Of a stretch of 64,000 bases of DNA, positions 11,357-24,535 are shown one piece after another. The stretch comes from Lophium mytilinum (Eukaryota). The stretch is taken from the NCBI GenBank assembly GCA_010093605.1, contig MU004198.1:188726-252725 (forward strand). The letters run 5' to 3'. A program made the position numbers and the translations under genes. Numbering within the stretch: the stretch's first letter is position 1; each line of letters starts with the position of its first letter. A model generated the notes under the pieces. The model made no database searches. It saw nothing but the letters and a program-made list of their open reading frames with translations, and was not told where the DNA came from.

Positions 11357-14300
11357 AGTTGTACAGTATCTGCTTCACAGTGAGAGGACATTCTTTCGGA
11401 AACGGTTGCAAGATTCTTGGTGCTTGGTGCAGAGTGACTGACCGATGAGAATCTATGAGAGCACCATTAGGAAAAGGGAAAAAAGGAAACGCTGGTCAAC
11501 AGCGGTGGGGAGACGGAAGGAAATGAAAGGGAGAAGACAAGGAAATTCGTCAGACAACACTCGTCTCATGGACTGCTTTTGGAGAATACATTGAGGCTTG
11601 CGAAACGGAATTGGTAGGCTCATATATTCTATCGAATGTCTCTTGCACGCGCCGTGTCACAGCCGTGCGTTGCCAACCGCCGAGGCGTCCGCGTAGTCGA
11701 CAGCCCTACGACGTTGCCATGCAACTTAGCGCTGGGGTACCATTGATGATGCCGTTGGGGCGATAACGTCCCTCCACTGGCGCCGAGGGCCCTAAACGAT
11801 GAGAGAGGGCGCTTCGAGAATGCCGCCAGTCCGCTTTCGACGGGTGCCAAGCCCCACCCAGCGCTTAAACAACACCACCACTCGTCCACCATCGTCACCA
11901 AACACTGATCCCTTCTAGAAATTCTGTTTCAAAATAGCATTTGGCCCACTTCGTTGCTGCACGGTTCAATGACGCCCACTCGTTCGCATCATGCTTCTTT
12001 TCTATTCTCTTGCATGTTCCCCTGCGTGATGCTCACCTGCAAGCTCAGCCTGGACCGTTGACGTAGGTCTATGTTTCGGCAGGAAGCCTGAACACGTGTT
12101 GACGGGTACCAAGACGTAGTTTGCGACCTCTAAGAAGATAATGGCTGCCATCGTTCTGCGGCGAAGCTATGAAAGACGTCAAAGGCACGTGACTGGTACT
12201 GGACATAGTGCACTGAGTACGGTATTAAGACATAAGTATGTATGCTCATCTTCCTAGTTTATGGTTTGCTTGGATATTCATTCGGGGATCTGGGACGACT
12301 AGGCCAGAATGTGTTCTCTCGACAAGGTTGTTCGAAACGGCCAAGAAAGTTTACAACAAGATTATACAGCCGTCTAAGAAGCAATGCGCCCATGTCCCGA
12401 CAAGGCAAATCATTTTCCCATTTTTTGTTTCCATTGCGTTCTCCCTTCTCCTGCTTTCGTATGGCTATCGAAGCAATATTTCATCTCCACGTGACCTATT
12501 CGGAAATGAGGAGGTGACCACTCAGCATACACAAGTCAAATCATAGCTTCTCAGATGAGGCCGTCCGAGTTGGTCCTGCGTGATAAAGGTCCAGACTAGT
12601 CAACATCTCTTGCATTCAGTCGTTCTGGATTTGGCAATCTAAGGTGAATTCTGGTCGCAACGGGACTAAAGGGGAACTAATGAACACAAAGAACAAAAAG
12701 GCCACAACATGATCTTTGTGTGTTCCTTGGTCTTTGCTTCTTTTATAAAGCGGAGGAAAAAGTACATCTCGCTATGCGACTCCCCAGAGTGACCTTACAG
12801 AAAATTTATGTGGGCTCGTACAGGCTGGGATCATCCGACATCCCCGAGATACCACGATCCAAGCGCGCCCAAGTGAATGGGTGCTGGGATGGTAGGTATG
12901 CTTTTCCGACGCCCAACTTGTAATCTCGGTCTTAGTGTTTATCTGGGATCTAGAAAACTCGTTTACAGCATTACCACAGCCCAATGAGCCCAAGGAAGGC
13001 ACCGTGCGCTCATTTGCACATTTTGTTTCACAACTTCGCATACCAGTATATGAGGCCGTCTAAAGTGGACTAGCAAGTTTGCAGACTGTTCAGAGGAACC
13101 ACTTGCCTTTGATATAGGGCTATTCAGATAGCTTGAGACATGTTTGCGAACGGCAGACTAATGTAAATATCAAATTGACGATGAGACCGTGTTGACGGAG
13201 GCGAACCTAGACTTTCAAGATTCTAGATACACTATCAGGAATAATCTAACACGATCTAGATCTGTGCATGTCGAGCGTTCCCCGTTCTTGGCTCTTTCCT
13301 TATGCGCCCCTTTTGAGAAAGCAGATGAGATGGTCAGTGTAAGGCGGTGGTGCCCAAGTGAAGTTGTGGCATTTACGAAAGTATGAGTCGCGCATATATA
13401 TCCTATGACATTTGTGAATACGATACCATTTGATTGAGAGATAGCACACACCCTAGACGCAACAGTCTAGATGAATGCCAGTCCCTCGGAAATATGAGAA
13501 GGATCAATAAAGGTCTTTACAGAGGATACCACAAACATGCGAACAATGACACGTAGATTGCGATTGGGCTATCATTGCTAAGAGTGCGATCCGCCACCAC
13601 GTTACGCGTCCGGGAGCAACGGGAAGGATGCGTCGAAGGTTCCAATTAAAGAGACTGAAAATAGATCCTGAGCTACTTGAGATGGACCCACGTGTGGATT
13701 GAGACATAGCGCGGCTAGCGGCGGACGTGAACGAGCCTTGACCTTGATGCTTGGGAGACAGGGGATATTTTCACTGTTCTAGTCGTCAGGTCCCTGAGCA
13801 GTGCAATTGGCCATTGTACTATCTCCCTGCGTCTCAGATGTAACTCGACTCGCTGTGACATCGTGATAGGGATCTCTAAATGCACAGGCAGCGTACGAAG
13901 CGAGCTGATGTTGATAGATTGTGATATGGTGGCGAGACCGTGCACGATGTGATTTTCACGGCTGGACGAAAGCGGTAATCCGCGACGACAACTCGCCATC
14001 TCAGTGGCGGCGGGACCAACGACATGTCTCTCGAAATCATGCGAATGCTGCTCCCTTGCGTTCCCCACCGTGGTGTTGAGCATCGCGATCGCATCATCAT
14101 CTTGGCCAAAACCCCTCACGATCGTGATGCAGACTCCGACTTCAATAAAGCTGAACAGACAGCTGGAGGGTCTACTCCCTCAAAGCGCGTCCCAATTTCT
14201 TGACTCACGCAAAACCCCTTGCCTGCGCTTGCTATGGTACTGCGCTCGTTGAGGTCTCGGTGGCCTCTTCTTATCAGCATACGGCTACGGCTTATGGACA

Positions 14301-15268
14301 TCGGGGGGAGGGGTTTTCGGGAGACCCATATATCTCATCCCAACAAGGCCCACAAAGCGTAGTCAAACCGGCGGAGCGGCCGAGCCGGAAGCTTGCGCCA
14401 TCGCTATCTCTCTGAGTCGGTCAGCGCAGCTCCTATCGCCGCACCATCGCGACCCAGGAGTCACTCGGACACCAACTGGAACCGTGGTGTTTAGAGGACA
14501 TGCCACCACGCCAGGTAAGCCACTGCCGATGACGCGCGAAAAAGGTGGGTCGGTGTAGCTGTTTTTCATTGAGATCTTTTCCTCCGACGTTCACCCTGAG
14601 ATACCTTTGTCCAGCTTACGCAGCGACTGAGTCTTCTAGACCTTTCGCCTGCCTTTGTTTTCTGCACAATGGCCTGCGTCGAATGCTAATCCGCACATTC
14701 TATTAGAATTTACTTGCTGCGACGTCGACTATCACCTGCATATCTGGGTGACCCACGGCTCATATCACAACTCCACGAGCCGGGCGAAGGCACAATTGGC
14801 TTGCATCTACGACTTCGTCCTCGTCCTCTTATCGGACCTGATCCACTTCGTTGCAGATCCGCCGCCTACCCCTTGGGCGTCCCGTCGCTACCTTAATTTG
14901 ACTGTCCTTGGCTGATAATTGTCCGCCATCACGTCAACGTCCCCTCCCGAATCTGCACTACTTCATCCATTGGGCACGTGTCGTCCCTTTTCTGCTTGGG
15001 AGAAGCTGAACTACCCTGAATTGGATTGAGCAGAGGCCATCAAAGACCACTAGCATCCACTTTCTTGTTACCGTCCCGCGGTCGTCGCCCTTGTGAGGCG
15101 CCCAGCACTGTCTGGAACCTGTCCCTAGTCCCTAGGTGCACCAGCATCGTGGTCCACGGGTAGTCTACGCCGGCCCTGTTTCGGTGGGCTTGCCTCGCGG
15201 CCCGTTGCCAGCTATCGATAGTAATCTGGAGTGTGCAGGAGCTACTCGCCGAGTACTCATAGCCCGCC

Positions 15269-18136
15269 ATGGAGCCCTCAGAGTCCTGGGACTCCGAGCG
15301 CTTTGACTCTCAACATCATTATTCCGAGGAATCGATGGACCATCCACATTCCCATAAACGCGTTGGGTTTATCGACTCTCCGCGACAATCCGGTGCACCC
15401 TCACCGCCCTCGCCGGCCATATCTGCTACCCCCGACACACCTTCAAATTCACATTCGCATCATGCTTCACCCATCAGCGGGATCCAACGACCTGATGTAT
15501 CTCACGACATTTTGCACGCTTCGGTTGAAGAGATGTTGACCGGTCATCCCCCACCGCCATCGCCTCGACCAATGCCAGCACCTAGGCTCGAACCGCCGCC
15601 AAAGCCGAGACCAGCTATACGGAAGGGAACTCGCACACCGCCAGTGGAATTCTTCCTTGGAGACGACTTGCCTAATAATACCAATGTGGAGAAAAGGCGA
15701 TCGGGAATTGAAGCTCAAATACGTGCTACAAGACTGGCTCAAACCCTGGGCAGCAACTCAGCGCCAAGTTCCCGGAGAGGCTCGAGCGAAGTTGTACAAC
15801 CAGTGATAGGAGGCCAACAACGAAGATTCGATAACATTCCTCTTACGGACTACGGAGGGATAGAAACTCCCGGCGACCTCAGCGAGGAGGACGAGGCGCC
15901 CACGTCAGCCAAGCAGAAAGAGTTCCTGGCAGAAGCTGATCATCTGCTCCGACAAAACACAACCAGATCCCGCCAGAAGACAGACGACTTTCGGTACATA
16001 GAGGCTAGTGGTCTTGCATCTGGCCAGATTACACCAGTCAACGAACTCGAGCCAGCAGATACTTACATCCCGGTTCCTTCAAAGTACCGAACAGGTATTC
16101 TCGGCACGCTCTTGAAGGCGAACGGCAATTATCCATCTGGTCAGTCTTCCGGAGGCCATCAAAAATACCCCTCGGATTCATTCAGCGGCGCGTCTACAGC
16201 GGCCAACACTCCGGATCACTCTCCTCCCATGTCTGGTGCGAGTACCCCTGGCACCAGCACTCCACTGAACCCTCATCATCATGCAAGACATTGGTATTCC
16301 CGAAGTGGTAACAACTCCAGCACAGAACTCCACTCATCCATCTCCAAGCTGGTAGAGTCATCAACTGGGCTCGCATCTCCAGTACAAAGAGATCTTGGCG
16401 AGGAGGTATCTGCAAGACTGAAAAGGGACAAGCAAAGACACCCAATGGGTAAGCGAACAAAGAGCGCCACATCCATCGCTTCCGCATTCAGCAAACTCAG
16501 CAAGTCGAGCCGCGATGAGCAGATCAAGATCAAGATCCACTTGGCTGGTACCCTCGCTCGACAGCAGTATCTCCGCAAGCTATGCAAAGCACTGATGAAG
16601 TACGGAGCGCCAACCCACCGGCTAGAAGAGTACATGAACATGTCGGCCCGTGTTCTAGAAATCGAAGCCCAGTTCCTCTACATCCCGGACTGCATGATCA
16701 TCTCCTTCGACGACTCCTCGGTCCATACCACCGAAGTCAAGCTCGTCCGCACCGCCCAAGGTGTCGACCTAGGCAAGCTCCGCGATACGCACGAGATCTA
16801 CAAAGACGTGTTGCACGACCGTATCGGCGTCGAAGAAGCCACCCCGCGTCTCGAAGCAATCATCAACCGCAAACCAAAATACAGCCCCTGGTTCCTCGTC
16901 CCAGTGTACGGCCTCGCATCCGCCAGTGTCGGCCCCTTCGCCTTCCAAGCGCGCTGGATCGACCTCCCTATCGCCTTCATCCTCGGCTGCCTGCTCGGCT
17001 GGCTGCAGCTGATCGTGTCCCCCCAAAACGAGATGATCTCCAACGTCTTCGAGATCTCCGCCGCCGTCATGACGTCCTTCCTCGCGCGCGGCTTCGGCTC
17101 CATCCGCGGCGGCAACCTCTTCTGCTTCTCCGCGCTGGCGCAATCCAGCATCGCCCTAATCCTGCCCGGCTTCACCGTGCTCTCCGCCTCCCTCGAACTC
17201 CAATCCCGCCACATCGTGGCCGGCTCCGTGCGCATGGTCTACGCCATCATCTACTCCCTCTTCCTCGGCTTCGGCATCACCATCGGCACCGTCCTCTTCG
17301 GCCTCGCGCTCCCCTCGGCGACGTCCGCCACCACCTGCCAAAACCCCATGAGCTCAAACTACTACTACCTCTTCGTCCTCGCCTTCACCCTCTGCCTGCT
17401 CGTCATCAACCAAGCCAAATGGAAACAGGCCCCGGCCATGCTCTTCATCTCCCTCGCCGGCTACGTCGTCAACTTCCACTCCTCGAAGCGCTTCTCGGGC
17501 AACGCGCAGGTCTCAAACACCCTCGGCGCGCTGACCATCGGCGTCCTCGCGAACCTGCACGCGCGGCTGGGCCGCTACGTCGACAACTGGTTCTTGGACA
17601 AGTGGGAGAGCACCTGGCGGCCCAAGTGGCGGCGCGCGCGGAAGCGCTTCTGGCGCCGGCACCCGGGGGGGTGGTTGGCGACGCTCAACCCGTTCTCGCG
17701 CTCCGACTACAAGAAAGGGAAGAGCGAGACTACAGACACCTGGGCGCAGTCGTCGCGCCCTCTCCGCCCGCAACTCGGCACGCGCCTCCTCTCCGACGAC
17801 TCGGTCTACCAAGCGCGCCCGCGGAAAGTCGGGTACGGGCTCGCGGCCGCGGCGATGCTGCCCGCGATCTTCGTGCAGGTGCCGTCGGGGTTGTCGGTGA
17901 GTGGGAGCTTGGTGAGCGGGATCACGAGCGCGGATCAAATTACGCGGAACGCGACGGGGGTGACGACGGTGGCGAATGCGACGGTGGAGGCGAGTGGGGG
18001 GAGTATCAATAGTGTTGCGTTTACGGTGGGGTTTAGTGTCGTGCAGGTGGCGATTGGGATTACGGTGGGGTTGTTTTTGGCGGCGTTGATGGTGTATCCC
18101 GTGGGGAAGAGGAGGAGTGGGTTGTTTAGTTTTTAG
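15269..18136 (+). CDS. PRM10: Prm10 / DUF1212 ThrE (threonine/serine exporter)-family membrane protein
   Basis: 955-aa ORF with a disordered N-terminus, then YGAPTHRLEEY, ILPGF..L...LEL, AGSVRM.YA and multiple TM helices, ending K.RSGLFSF. Confidence 0.9.
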   Translation: MEPSESWDSERFDSQHHYSEESMDHPHSHKRVGFIDSPRQSGAPSPPSPAISATPDTPSNSHSHHASPISGIQRPDVSHDILHASVEEMLTGHPPPPSPRPMPAPRLEPPPKPRPAIRKGTRTPPVEFFLGDDLPNNTNVEKRRSGIEAQIRATRLAQTLGSNSAPSSRRGSSEVVQPVIGGQQRRFDNIPLTDYGGIETPGDLSEEDEAPTSAKQKEFLAEADHLLRQNTTRSRQKTDDFRYIEASGLASGQITPVNELEPADTYIPVPSKYRTGILGTLLKANGNYPSGQSSGGHQKYPSDSFSGASTAANTPDHSPPMSGASTPGTSTPLNPHHHARHWYSRSGNNSSTELHSSISKLVESSTGLASPVQRDLGEEVSARLKRDKQRHPMGKRTKSATSIASAFSKLSKSSRDEQIKIKIHLAGTLARQQYLRKLCKALMKYGAPTHRLEEYMNMSARVLEIEAQFLYIPDCMIISFDDSSVHTTEVKLVRTAQGVDLGKLRDTHEIYKDVLHDRIGVEEATPRLEAIINRKPKYSPWFLVPVYGLASASVGPFAFQARWIDLPIAFILGCLLGWLQLIVSPQNEMISNVFEISAAVMTSFLARGFGSIRGGNLFCFSALAQSSIALILPGFTVLSASLELQSRHIVAGSVRMVYAIIYSLFLGFGITIGTVLFGLALPSATSATTCQNPMSSNYYYLFVLAFTLCLLVINQAKWKQAPAMLFISLAGYVVNFHSSKRFSGNAQVSNTLGALTIGVLANLHARLGRYVDNWFLDKWESTWRPKWRRARKRFWRRHPGGWLATLNPFSRSDYKKGKSETTDTWAQSSRPLRPQLGTRLLSDDSVYQARPRKVGYGLAAAAMLPAIFVQVPSGLSVSGSLVSGITSADQITRNATGVTTVANATVEASGGSINSVAFTVGFSVVQVAIGITVGLFLAALMVYPVGKRRSGLFSF

Positions 18137-18621
18137 GGGGGGGGAAGGAAGGGGGTGGGAGTGTGGATGGATGGGAAAGAGAGGGGAGGGGAGGAAGTCG
18201 TGCATTTAATGGTGTTCTTTAAGTTGATGGGTGCATTGCGTGGATTTATTGGGATGGGATAGCATTTTTGGATTTAGCGTGGGTGGTTTGTTGCTGCATT
18301 AGTTGTCTAGGACACGGCATATTGTTAATACGACAAGCGAGCGAGGGCTATAGACACCTCACTCACAAGTCGTCATTCTTAATTCGAACAGACAGACAGG
18401 CATAGGAAGCACTGTCGGAGTCTTTAGACTTCAATTCGAGCGTCTTGGTCAGAGGTTTGCGAATGTGATTAAATTGACTAGAGACATGAACGTACAGAAC
18501 GCATGTAAAAACTGGTGTTGAGAAACGAAAGCTTTACACACGCACGCCTTTAAGCGGCTAGCGGCTACAGTTGAGTAGGTTTAGTGTCGACCTACCTGCA
18601 CGGGCAGTAACGAGACCGCGG

Positions 18622-19928
18622 TTATCTAATGCGTTCATCTATCATCGAAAGCGCAATAGAAGTTTGGGAATGTAGTAGCTGCGCAGTAGCTCTGTTTGGT
18701 ACAGCATAAAAGTATGATAACGGGGTAAGGACGCTCTTAACCCTGTTCTGAAAGCTGGTACCGCCAAGAATGGAAAGGCAGCCGCCGGGACATCGAGCCT
18801 TTGAAAAGCAACGACAGCGAATTGCAATGGCAAGGAGGCGTGCTATGGCCCTAGAAAAAGTGGCCAATATCTCTACGTGTAAAGGGAACTCCTTGGGGCC
18901 CCCTGCTGACAAGGCTATAAGGCGTCTGGAGGAGCTGAGCTGTGGTAGAGTGGGAGAACCATGGAATTGTGAGAGTAAACGTATATGATGCTGAAGGTAT
19001 CTGAGTGCTGGAAGAGTAGACAGGGGCGAGGGGCTTTTTAGTCTAGACAAGATGCTTTAGACTGATAGCGTTCGGGGTAGTCTATACTTGGACGCGCAGT
19101 ACTTAAGAGTTTCGTAGATGTTGAGACGGAAATGTAACGGAGTTAAAGTCGTGTACATGTGCAACGCGTGGGCTGATTGATGTACGTGGAGGATGCGAGA
19201 AGAATTGATAGGATCAAGAGCTGGCCTGCATTCGCACCGCGGAGTATGGATCTGTAAGATTGGTGTTGAGAATCGAAGTACTGGGATAACGATCCTTCAC
19301 TGACAGCGCTCGCTTAGATGTCAGCATTAACGTGTGTTTGGATGTGTGGAGGAATGTGGAATCGTCGTCCCTTAACAAGCACGATCCAACGCCAGTCGAA
19401 CCCTACAAATGTCACCAATTTGGCACAGAGAACTCCAAGCCAACCTATAGCTATCTTCAGCAAAGGACAGAAGCATTTAGTTAACGCCTCGGCACTGCGT
19501 ATCGTGACTCAAACATCAGAGTTGACGACGTAGCGTCTAGAGACGAATAGGACTTTAGGTGAAGGAGTGTTGATGAAGGCAAGCAGCGCGCGCATGAGAG
19601 TCAAGTATTCCAATCCAGTGCTTTCGGTGTACAGTAAGCTGGAGGGTTATTACTCAAATAGGAAGTTCTTGAAAACTGTGGAAGACGGAGCTGAGAATAG
19701 CATTGACTCTATTGGTTGGAATCGTCGCCCCCAGCTTGATTGGCATAATTTGGGTAAAAGATCAAAGTCCATGAAATTTATTGAGATGAATAATTTGAGG
19801 ACACGATCTGTGAGTTGTGATGAATTAGGGACGTTCACTGAGTCGAGGTTTGGAAGCTCCTTGACTTTGGAGGGCTGAGATTGACGACGAGAAAAGTCAA
19901 TATTGAGGTGTGTACTCCGTATGTACAA
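18622..19928 (-). pseudogene. possible degenerate coding remnant (BTB/POZ-like fragment)
   Basis: Broken minus-strand ORFs. The segment LIALSAGGPKEFPLHVEILATFSRAIARLL resembles a BTB N-terminus. No intact gene model could be built. Confidence 0.2.
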
Positions 19929-22608
19929 ATGTTGCGAGCAACGAATAGATATTGGTTACATTCGAAGAGCTGTGAGCGCGAGTCTGAGAGCGATGATGAA
20001 GTGGAAGTAACACTTGAAGTCTGATGAAAATTTCATAGTGAGGTGGTGAAGTTTGTATGGTTGTTGTGAAATTGAACCGGGTTATTTAACAGCCGCGTTG
20101 ATTCATGATCTCTAGTGCCGGAGAACACCCTTAAACACTTTCCCACTACTCGATAATGGTCGTAAGCGCACTACGATTGTTATAGCACGATCATCGTAAT
20201 CCCACGGATTACTATCCAGGGACGACGAGATCGTCGCTCGAATGACTCTCACTCTTTCGTGCGGCTTTCGAAGTACGTAGCTGTCGATTACTGAAGCCGG
20301 AATCCTGGTTTCGAGTACACTTTAAGGTCTATGAATGGCGTGACAGCGTGCAGGCGCGGGGAAGTGTGTCGACTCATCCGCTGCAGGAAAGAGCACTACG
20401 GGAAATGGTCTCTTCCAGGGCAAGAGGCAGCGGGTACCTGAGCCTGGACAGCAGAAAACGTGGTCTTGCAGGCGATTTACCCTCGGGCCGTTCTCGTGGC
20501 GCGCAACGTGAGTTAGCGAGACTTGACCAGATTGAGGCGGACAAAGGCTGGTGTGAAGTGATCGGACCGACGCCCTGAAGATCTGGAGGCGCGTCGTCTC
20601 ACGCACATGAGCATTGTGCTATCGCGCACATGAGGGTTGTGCCGCTGACGTGTTTACCTCTTTTTGATATCTTCGAATTCAAGATCTCTATCGTGAAAGA
20701 TATCAGGTTGATAGACTTGCCATATAAGCGAGCGCATCTAGTGTCCAATTTGATAAACCTAAAGAAGAGCCCTTCTGTAGAACTGAATCTAGACGGCGAA
20801 AAAGACTAGCTCGAGTCAGTATAGAGCTAGAGGAAGATAACATCTGGCTGGACCACGGTTGGAAGTTGCACTTCTCAATGCAGACAGCAGAGTTCAACGG
20901 GCGGAGGCGGCGTGCAGCCAAGCAAAGTCCGCGATAGAGCTAACCCCCGATCATGCAGGACACCTCGCTACTCCATGTTTTCAGTGGGTGTCGCGGATTC
21001 TGGGACCCCGTTTCGACGCCCCGCAGCAGCACGCAAGGAGGGCCCTGCCGACGCACGCCGGACATTGAGGCTCACAATTTGAGAGCAGTCGCTTCGGCGC
21101 GCCTTGCGGGTACGGCGATCAGGCAAAAAGGAGAGGCGACAGCTGGAATGGGGCTCGCGGTTCAGGCGACGTCTGGTGCGCGAGTCGGGGAGATGAAGAT
21201 GGTGTCGTGGTTGCGCGGGTGGCCACCGAGCAGAGTTTGATCGCAGCTTCGCTAGCCCGCAACGGACGCGATGCGGCAGGCCCGGGGCGCTTGACGGGCA
21301 GTGCGTCCAGCGGAGAGCCGGCGAAGAGGGCCTGGTTGGCTGTGTGGTGGCGTGCAGCTCGAGGGCGGCTTAGGTGGGCGCATCTGAAACTCCAGCGAGC
21401 ACACGGCAGCCAAAACCCAGCCAAAGCCAGCCAGGCCCGCGAAGAAGGTGACAGCAACGCCGCCCTCGTCCACCGCTGAGGCTGCCCGTTGCGATGCGAG
21501 TGGAACAGGCGCAGGACTAAAGCCCGCCCGTCTCAGCGGCGGCCACAGCGAGTCCCCCAGTCCCCAGTCCCCCAGCAGCGCCGGCAGTCCCTCCAGGGCC
21601 CCCTTTTCTAGACTGCTTCTAGAAACCTCGTGCTAGTCAGTCCGCACCGCTACCCATCCGAGCGCGGGCCGGCCGTGACACCGCGGACAGGGACGCCGAC
21701 GGTCGAGCAGAGAGGTGTAACAGCGGTGCTGCGACGCCCCTAGGCCTGCCGTGCGCCGTGGTGCCGTGAGAGGCTGTCTGCCCATTGCGAGGACGAGGAG
21801 CTTGCGAGGGAGTGCGCTGGAGTGGCATTCGACGTCGGTTTGGAGCAGCGTTGGAGGCTCAACAGTGTGCAGGCTGCTTCTATCGTGCCCTGAGATTGCG
21901 TGGTGATTGCGAGGTCTGTGTTGTGGTTCGTGTACGGGGCCGGCAGTCGCACTCCTGGCGTCCGCCAATCAGCAGCCGAGCAGGCCCCACCCCTGCACAT
22001 CGGCCCCGGGCGTCTCCTTTCGCTCGCTCACCACCAAAGCCAGCCAGACCAACCCTCTTCTTCAATCCTCGACAACCCTCACCCGCCCACTCTCCTCGTC
22101 ACCACTCCGCACAGCCCGTCCGCTGCTGTGCCACCGCTCTCAATTCCTCACCCTCGACCTGCGCCGCCAGCCTGTGTCTACCCAAGTCCATTGGCACCCG
22201 CTTCTCCGCCGTTTGGTCCGTAGCGAGAGTCCGATCTCTCCGCCAGCCATCTCACTTCACTACCAACGTCTGCGCCTGTCTCCCGCAGTCGCTCCCTTTG
22301 CCCGACATCTACGACTTGTAATTATAGGTACGTCCAGCCTCAGCCGCCCAGCCTTCTCGGCCCTGCCCTCGAGAGCCACGCAAGCCCAGCGGCGAGCAGA
22401 CTACTCTCCGACTCTCTGCCGCAGTTCGACGTCCGCCGCCAGCCACGTTGCGCTGTGAGCGTACACCGCTGCTCCTGCCTCTTCATCGCTGTAGTACTTG
22501 CGGCTGCATACTGACGGGTGCACTTGCAGGATTCCGTACCGGCAGGCCTCCTACGGAACCATCTCTACACCCCTAATCACCCACCGGACATAACTAGCAA
22601 CCGTCACA

Positions 22609-23883
22609 ATGGGTTGCGGAATGAGCACAGAGGAGAAGGAGGGGAAGCAGAGGAATGAGGAGATCGAGAACCAGCTCAAGCGGGACAAGATGATGCAGCG
22701 GAACGAGATCAAGATGCTGCTGCTCGGTGCGTACACGCCTTTCAGGCCACCCAAGACGCTGCAAACTGACAATCACCAGGCGCCGGAGAGTCTGGCAAGT
22801 CGACCATCCTGAAACAGATGAAGCTCATCCACGAGGGTGGCTACTCGCGCGATGAGCGCGAGTCCTTCAAGGAAATCATCTTCAGCAACACCGTGCAGTC
22901 AATGCGCGTCATCCTCGAGGCCATGGAGTCGCTAGAGTTGCCCCTTGACGACCAGCGTGCCGAGTACCACGTCCAGACCATCTTCATGCAGCCAGCCCAG
23001 ATCGAGGGCGACAGCCTACCCCCAGAAGTTGGCAACGCCATTGCCGTGCTCTGGAAGGATGCCGGTGTCCAGCAGTGCTTCCAGCGCTCCCGCGAATACC
23101 AGCTCAACGATTCCGCCAAATAGTATGTTCCTCTCTCTGTCATACTCCTTAATGCAAAATCTGACCTCATCGCAGCTACTTCGATTCCATCGACCGCATT
23201 GCCGCTCCGGACTACATCCCCAACGACCAGGATGTCCTCCGCTCGCGTGTCAAGACTACCGGTATCACCGAAACTACCTTCATCATTGGCGATCTGACCT
23301 ACCGCATGTTCGATGTCGGAGGACAGCGGTCGGAGCGAAAGAAGTGGATCCACTGCTTCGAGAACGTGACCACCATCCTGTTCCTCGTGGCCATCTCCGA
23401 ATACGACCAGCTGCTCTTCGAGGATGAGACCGTCAACCGTATGCAGGAAGCCCTCACCCTGTTTGACTCCATTTGCAACTCGCGGTGGTTCGTCAAGACA
23501 TCCATCATCCTGTTCTTGAACAAGATCGATAGGTTCAAGGAGAAGCTCCCCGTCAGCCCCATGAAGAACTACTTCCCTGACTACGAAGGTACGTAATCAC
23601 TCCTTTGGATGTTATTATGCCGTATCTAACTTGTCGATAGGTGGACCCGACTACGCCGCGGCCTGCGACTACATCCTCAACCGCTTCGTGTCGCTCAACC
23701 AACATGAGACTAAGCAGATCTACACCCATTTCACATGCGCCACCGACACCATGCAAATCCGATTCGTCATGGCTGCAGTGAACGGTAAGTCTCTCCCCAA
23801 TTCCGAAACACCACCCACCCACATCCTAATATATCCCAGACATCATAATTCAAGAGAACCTCCGCATGTGCGGTCTGATATAA
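22609..23883 (+). CDS. heterotrimeric G-protein alpha subunit, group I (FadA/GNA-1/Cga1 type), 5 coding exons
   Basis: MGCGMS myristoylation start, GAGESGKS P-loop, [22 protein letters not shown] and C-terminal CGLI. Four canonical introns. Confidence 0.98.
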
Positions 23884-24510
23884 TGACCAAAACGAGGCAA
23901 GGGGGCGTGCATTTGATACCAAAAGCCCCCGGTCTTCCGGCGAGCGAGCGATTGAAAGCGACAGCGAAAGAAGAAAGAAGATTTGTCTTGTTATGGAATC
24001 ATGGGCGGCATGTCATTCTGACGACGGCTTTCTAAATCGCCATGTCATATACGGCGTTGTTGAAAACTTTGCTTTTTTTCCTCTGGTTGTTGTTGTGTGC
24101 TTTGCTTTTTCCCCTTTTCCTTCCTCTCCAATGTCGGTGCCGTTGCTCTTAGTGCTTTTTGCGCTTGTGTCACACACATGCGAGGGGGCTGAACTCTTCT
24201 TGTGGCCTCTCTGCCGCATTTTCTCTCTCGATTTCTGTGATACCCTGCGAGGGCTGGGGATCTTTTCTTTTTCTTTCTTTCGTCTCTTTTGATTGAAAGT
24301 GTTACTAGGGAGAGAGAGATGGGCAAATTTGTTTTGTGGCTATGAGCATGGGCAACTACACCTCAGATGGAAAAGAACGCGGGAAAGGAGAAATAAGTCA
24401 TTTTGTGGTTCTTTTGCTCTGTTTTCCTGGCTCTCTTGGAAGATGGTGGGGGTCTTGGAAGTGATATATTGACTACTGACTTCACCCGGGAAGCTTACCT
24501 TGCGTGCGCG

Positions 24511-24535
24511 CTCTCTCTCTCTGTCTCTCTCTCTC
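24511..24535. repeat. (CT)n microsatellite, one interruption
   Basis: ctctctctctctgtctctctctctc. Confidence 0.8.

Noticed and set aside
11400..14400. Short ORFs in the CFEM-PRM10 intergenic region
   Set aside because: No codon bias, domains or consistent splice structure.
16582..18205. Long alternative-frame and antisense ORFs (476 aa, 230 aa) overlapping PRM10
   Set aside because: Arg/Pro-rich shadows produced by strong GC3 codon bias. The same applies to overlapping ORFs in INO1, TKL1, PHB1 and PSD2.
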